A stretch of 64,000 nucleotides of DNA from Macrostomum lignano (Eukaryota): contig NIVC01001206.1 of NCBI GenBank assembly GCA_002269645.1, positions 1 to 64,000 of the forward strand, given 5' to 3'. A program made the position numbers and the translations under genes. Below are positions 63,815-64,000 of this stretch, one piece after another; position 1 is the stretch's first letter, and each line of letters begins with the position of its first letter. The notes beneath the pieces are model-generated. The model was given only the letters and a program-made list of their open reading frames with translations, had not been told where the DNA came from and searched no databases.

Positions 63815-64000
63815 GGATAGATGAGATAGATAGATACATACATAAATAGATCTGTTCTATCTACTGGGCTGATTGATTGATGGATGGATAGATAGACTGA
63901 CAGATAGATAGACTGACAGATGGACAGATAGATAGATAATACAGATAGACTGACAGATAGATAGACAGACAGATAGATAGATAGATAGATAGATAGATAG
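63815..64000. repeat. (GATA)n/(GACA)n microsatellite, intronic
   Basis: Direct reading. Confidence 0.9.

Overview
This is animal genomic DNA with spliceosomal GT-AG introns. It is not prokaryotic, and I see no CRISPR array, rRNA or intact tRNA gene. Nearly every intron is filled by its own tandem repeat; that style resembles repeat-rich flatworm genomes such as Macrostomum (inference only). Most long ORFs in the supplied track are translated satellites. Genes I can support by hand-splicing: DPY30 (minus, 2 exons); two paralogous secreted 7-cysteine knottin (ICK)-like peptides at 6.2 kb and 11.2 kb in a local duplication; a coiled-coil protein; a type II membrane neprilysin/M13-like protein lacking the zinc-binding motif; a 7-exon secreted CAP-EGF-EGF protein with an unassigned C-terminal region; and an RluA-family pseudouridine synthase (RPUSD2-like) that runs off the right end. 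Several weaker exon chains are also present. Mobile DNA includes a 1275-bp DD34D mariner with one frameshift, an 8-bp-TSD MITE, an internally deleted Tc1/IS630-like element, a Crypton/DUF3504-like ORF bracketed by hairpin modules, and two tRNA-derived SINEs. The best leads are the fast-diverging knottin pair with an unpaired cysteine, and exons repeatedly bracketed by inverted copies of the same satellite.
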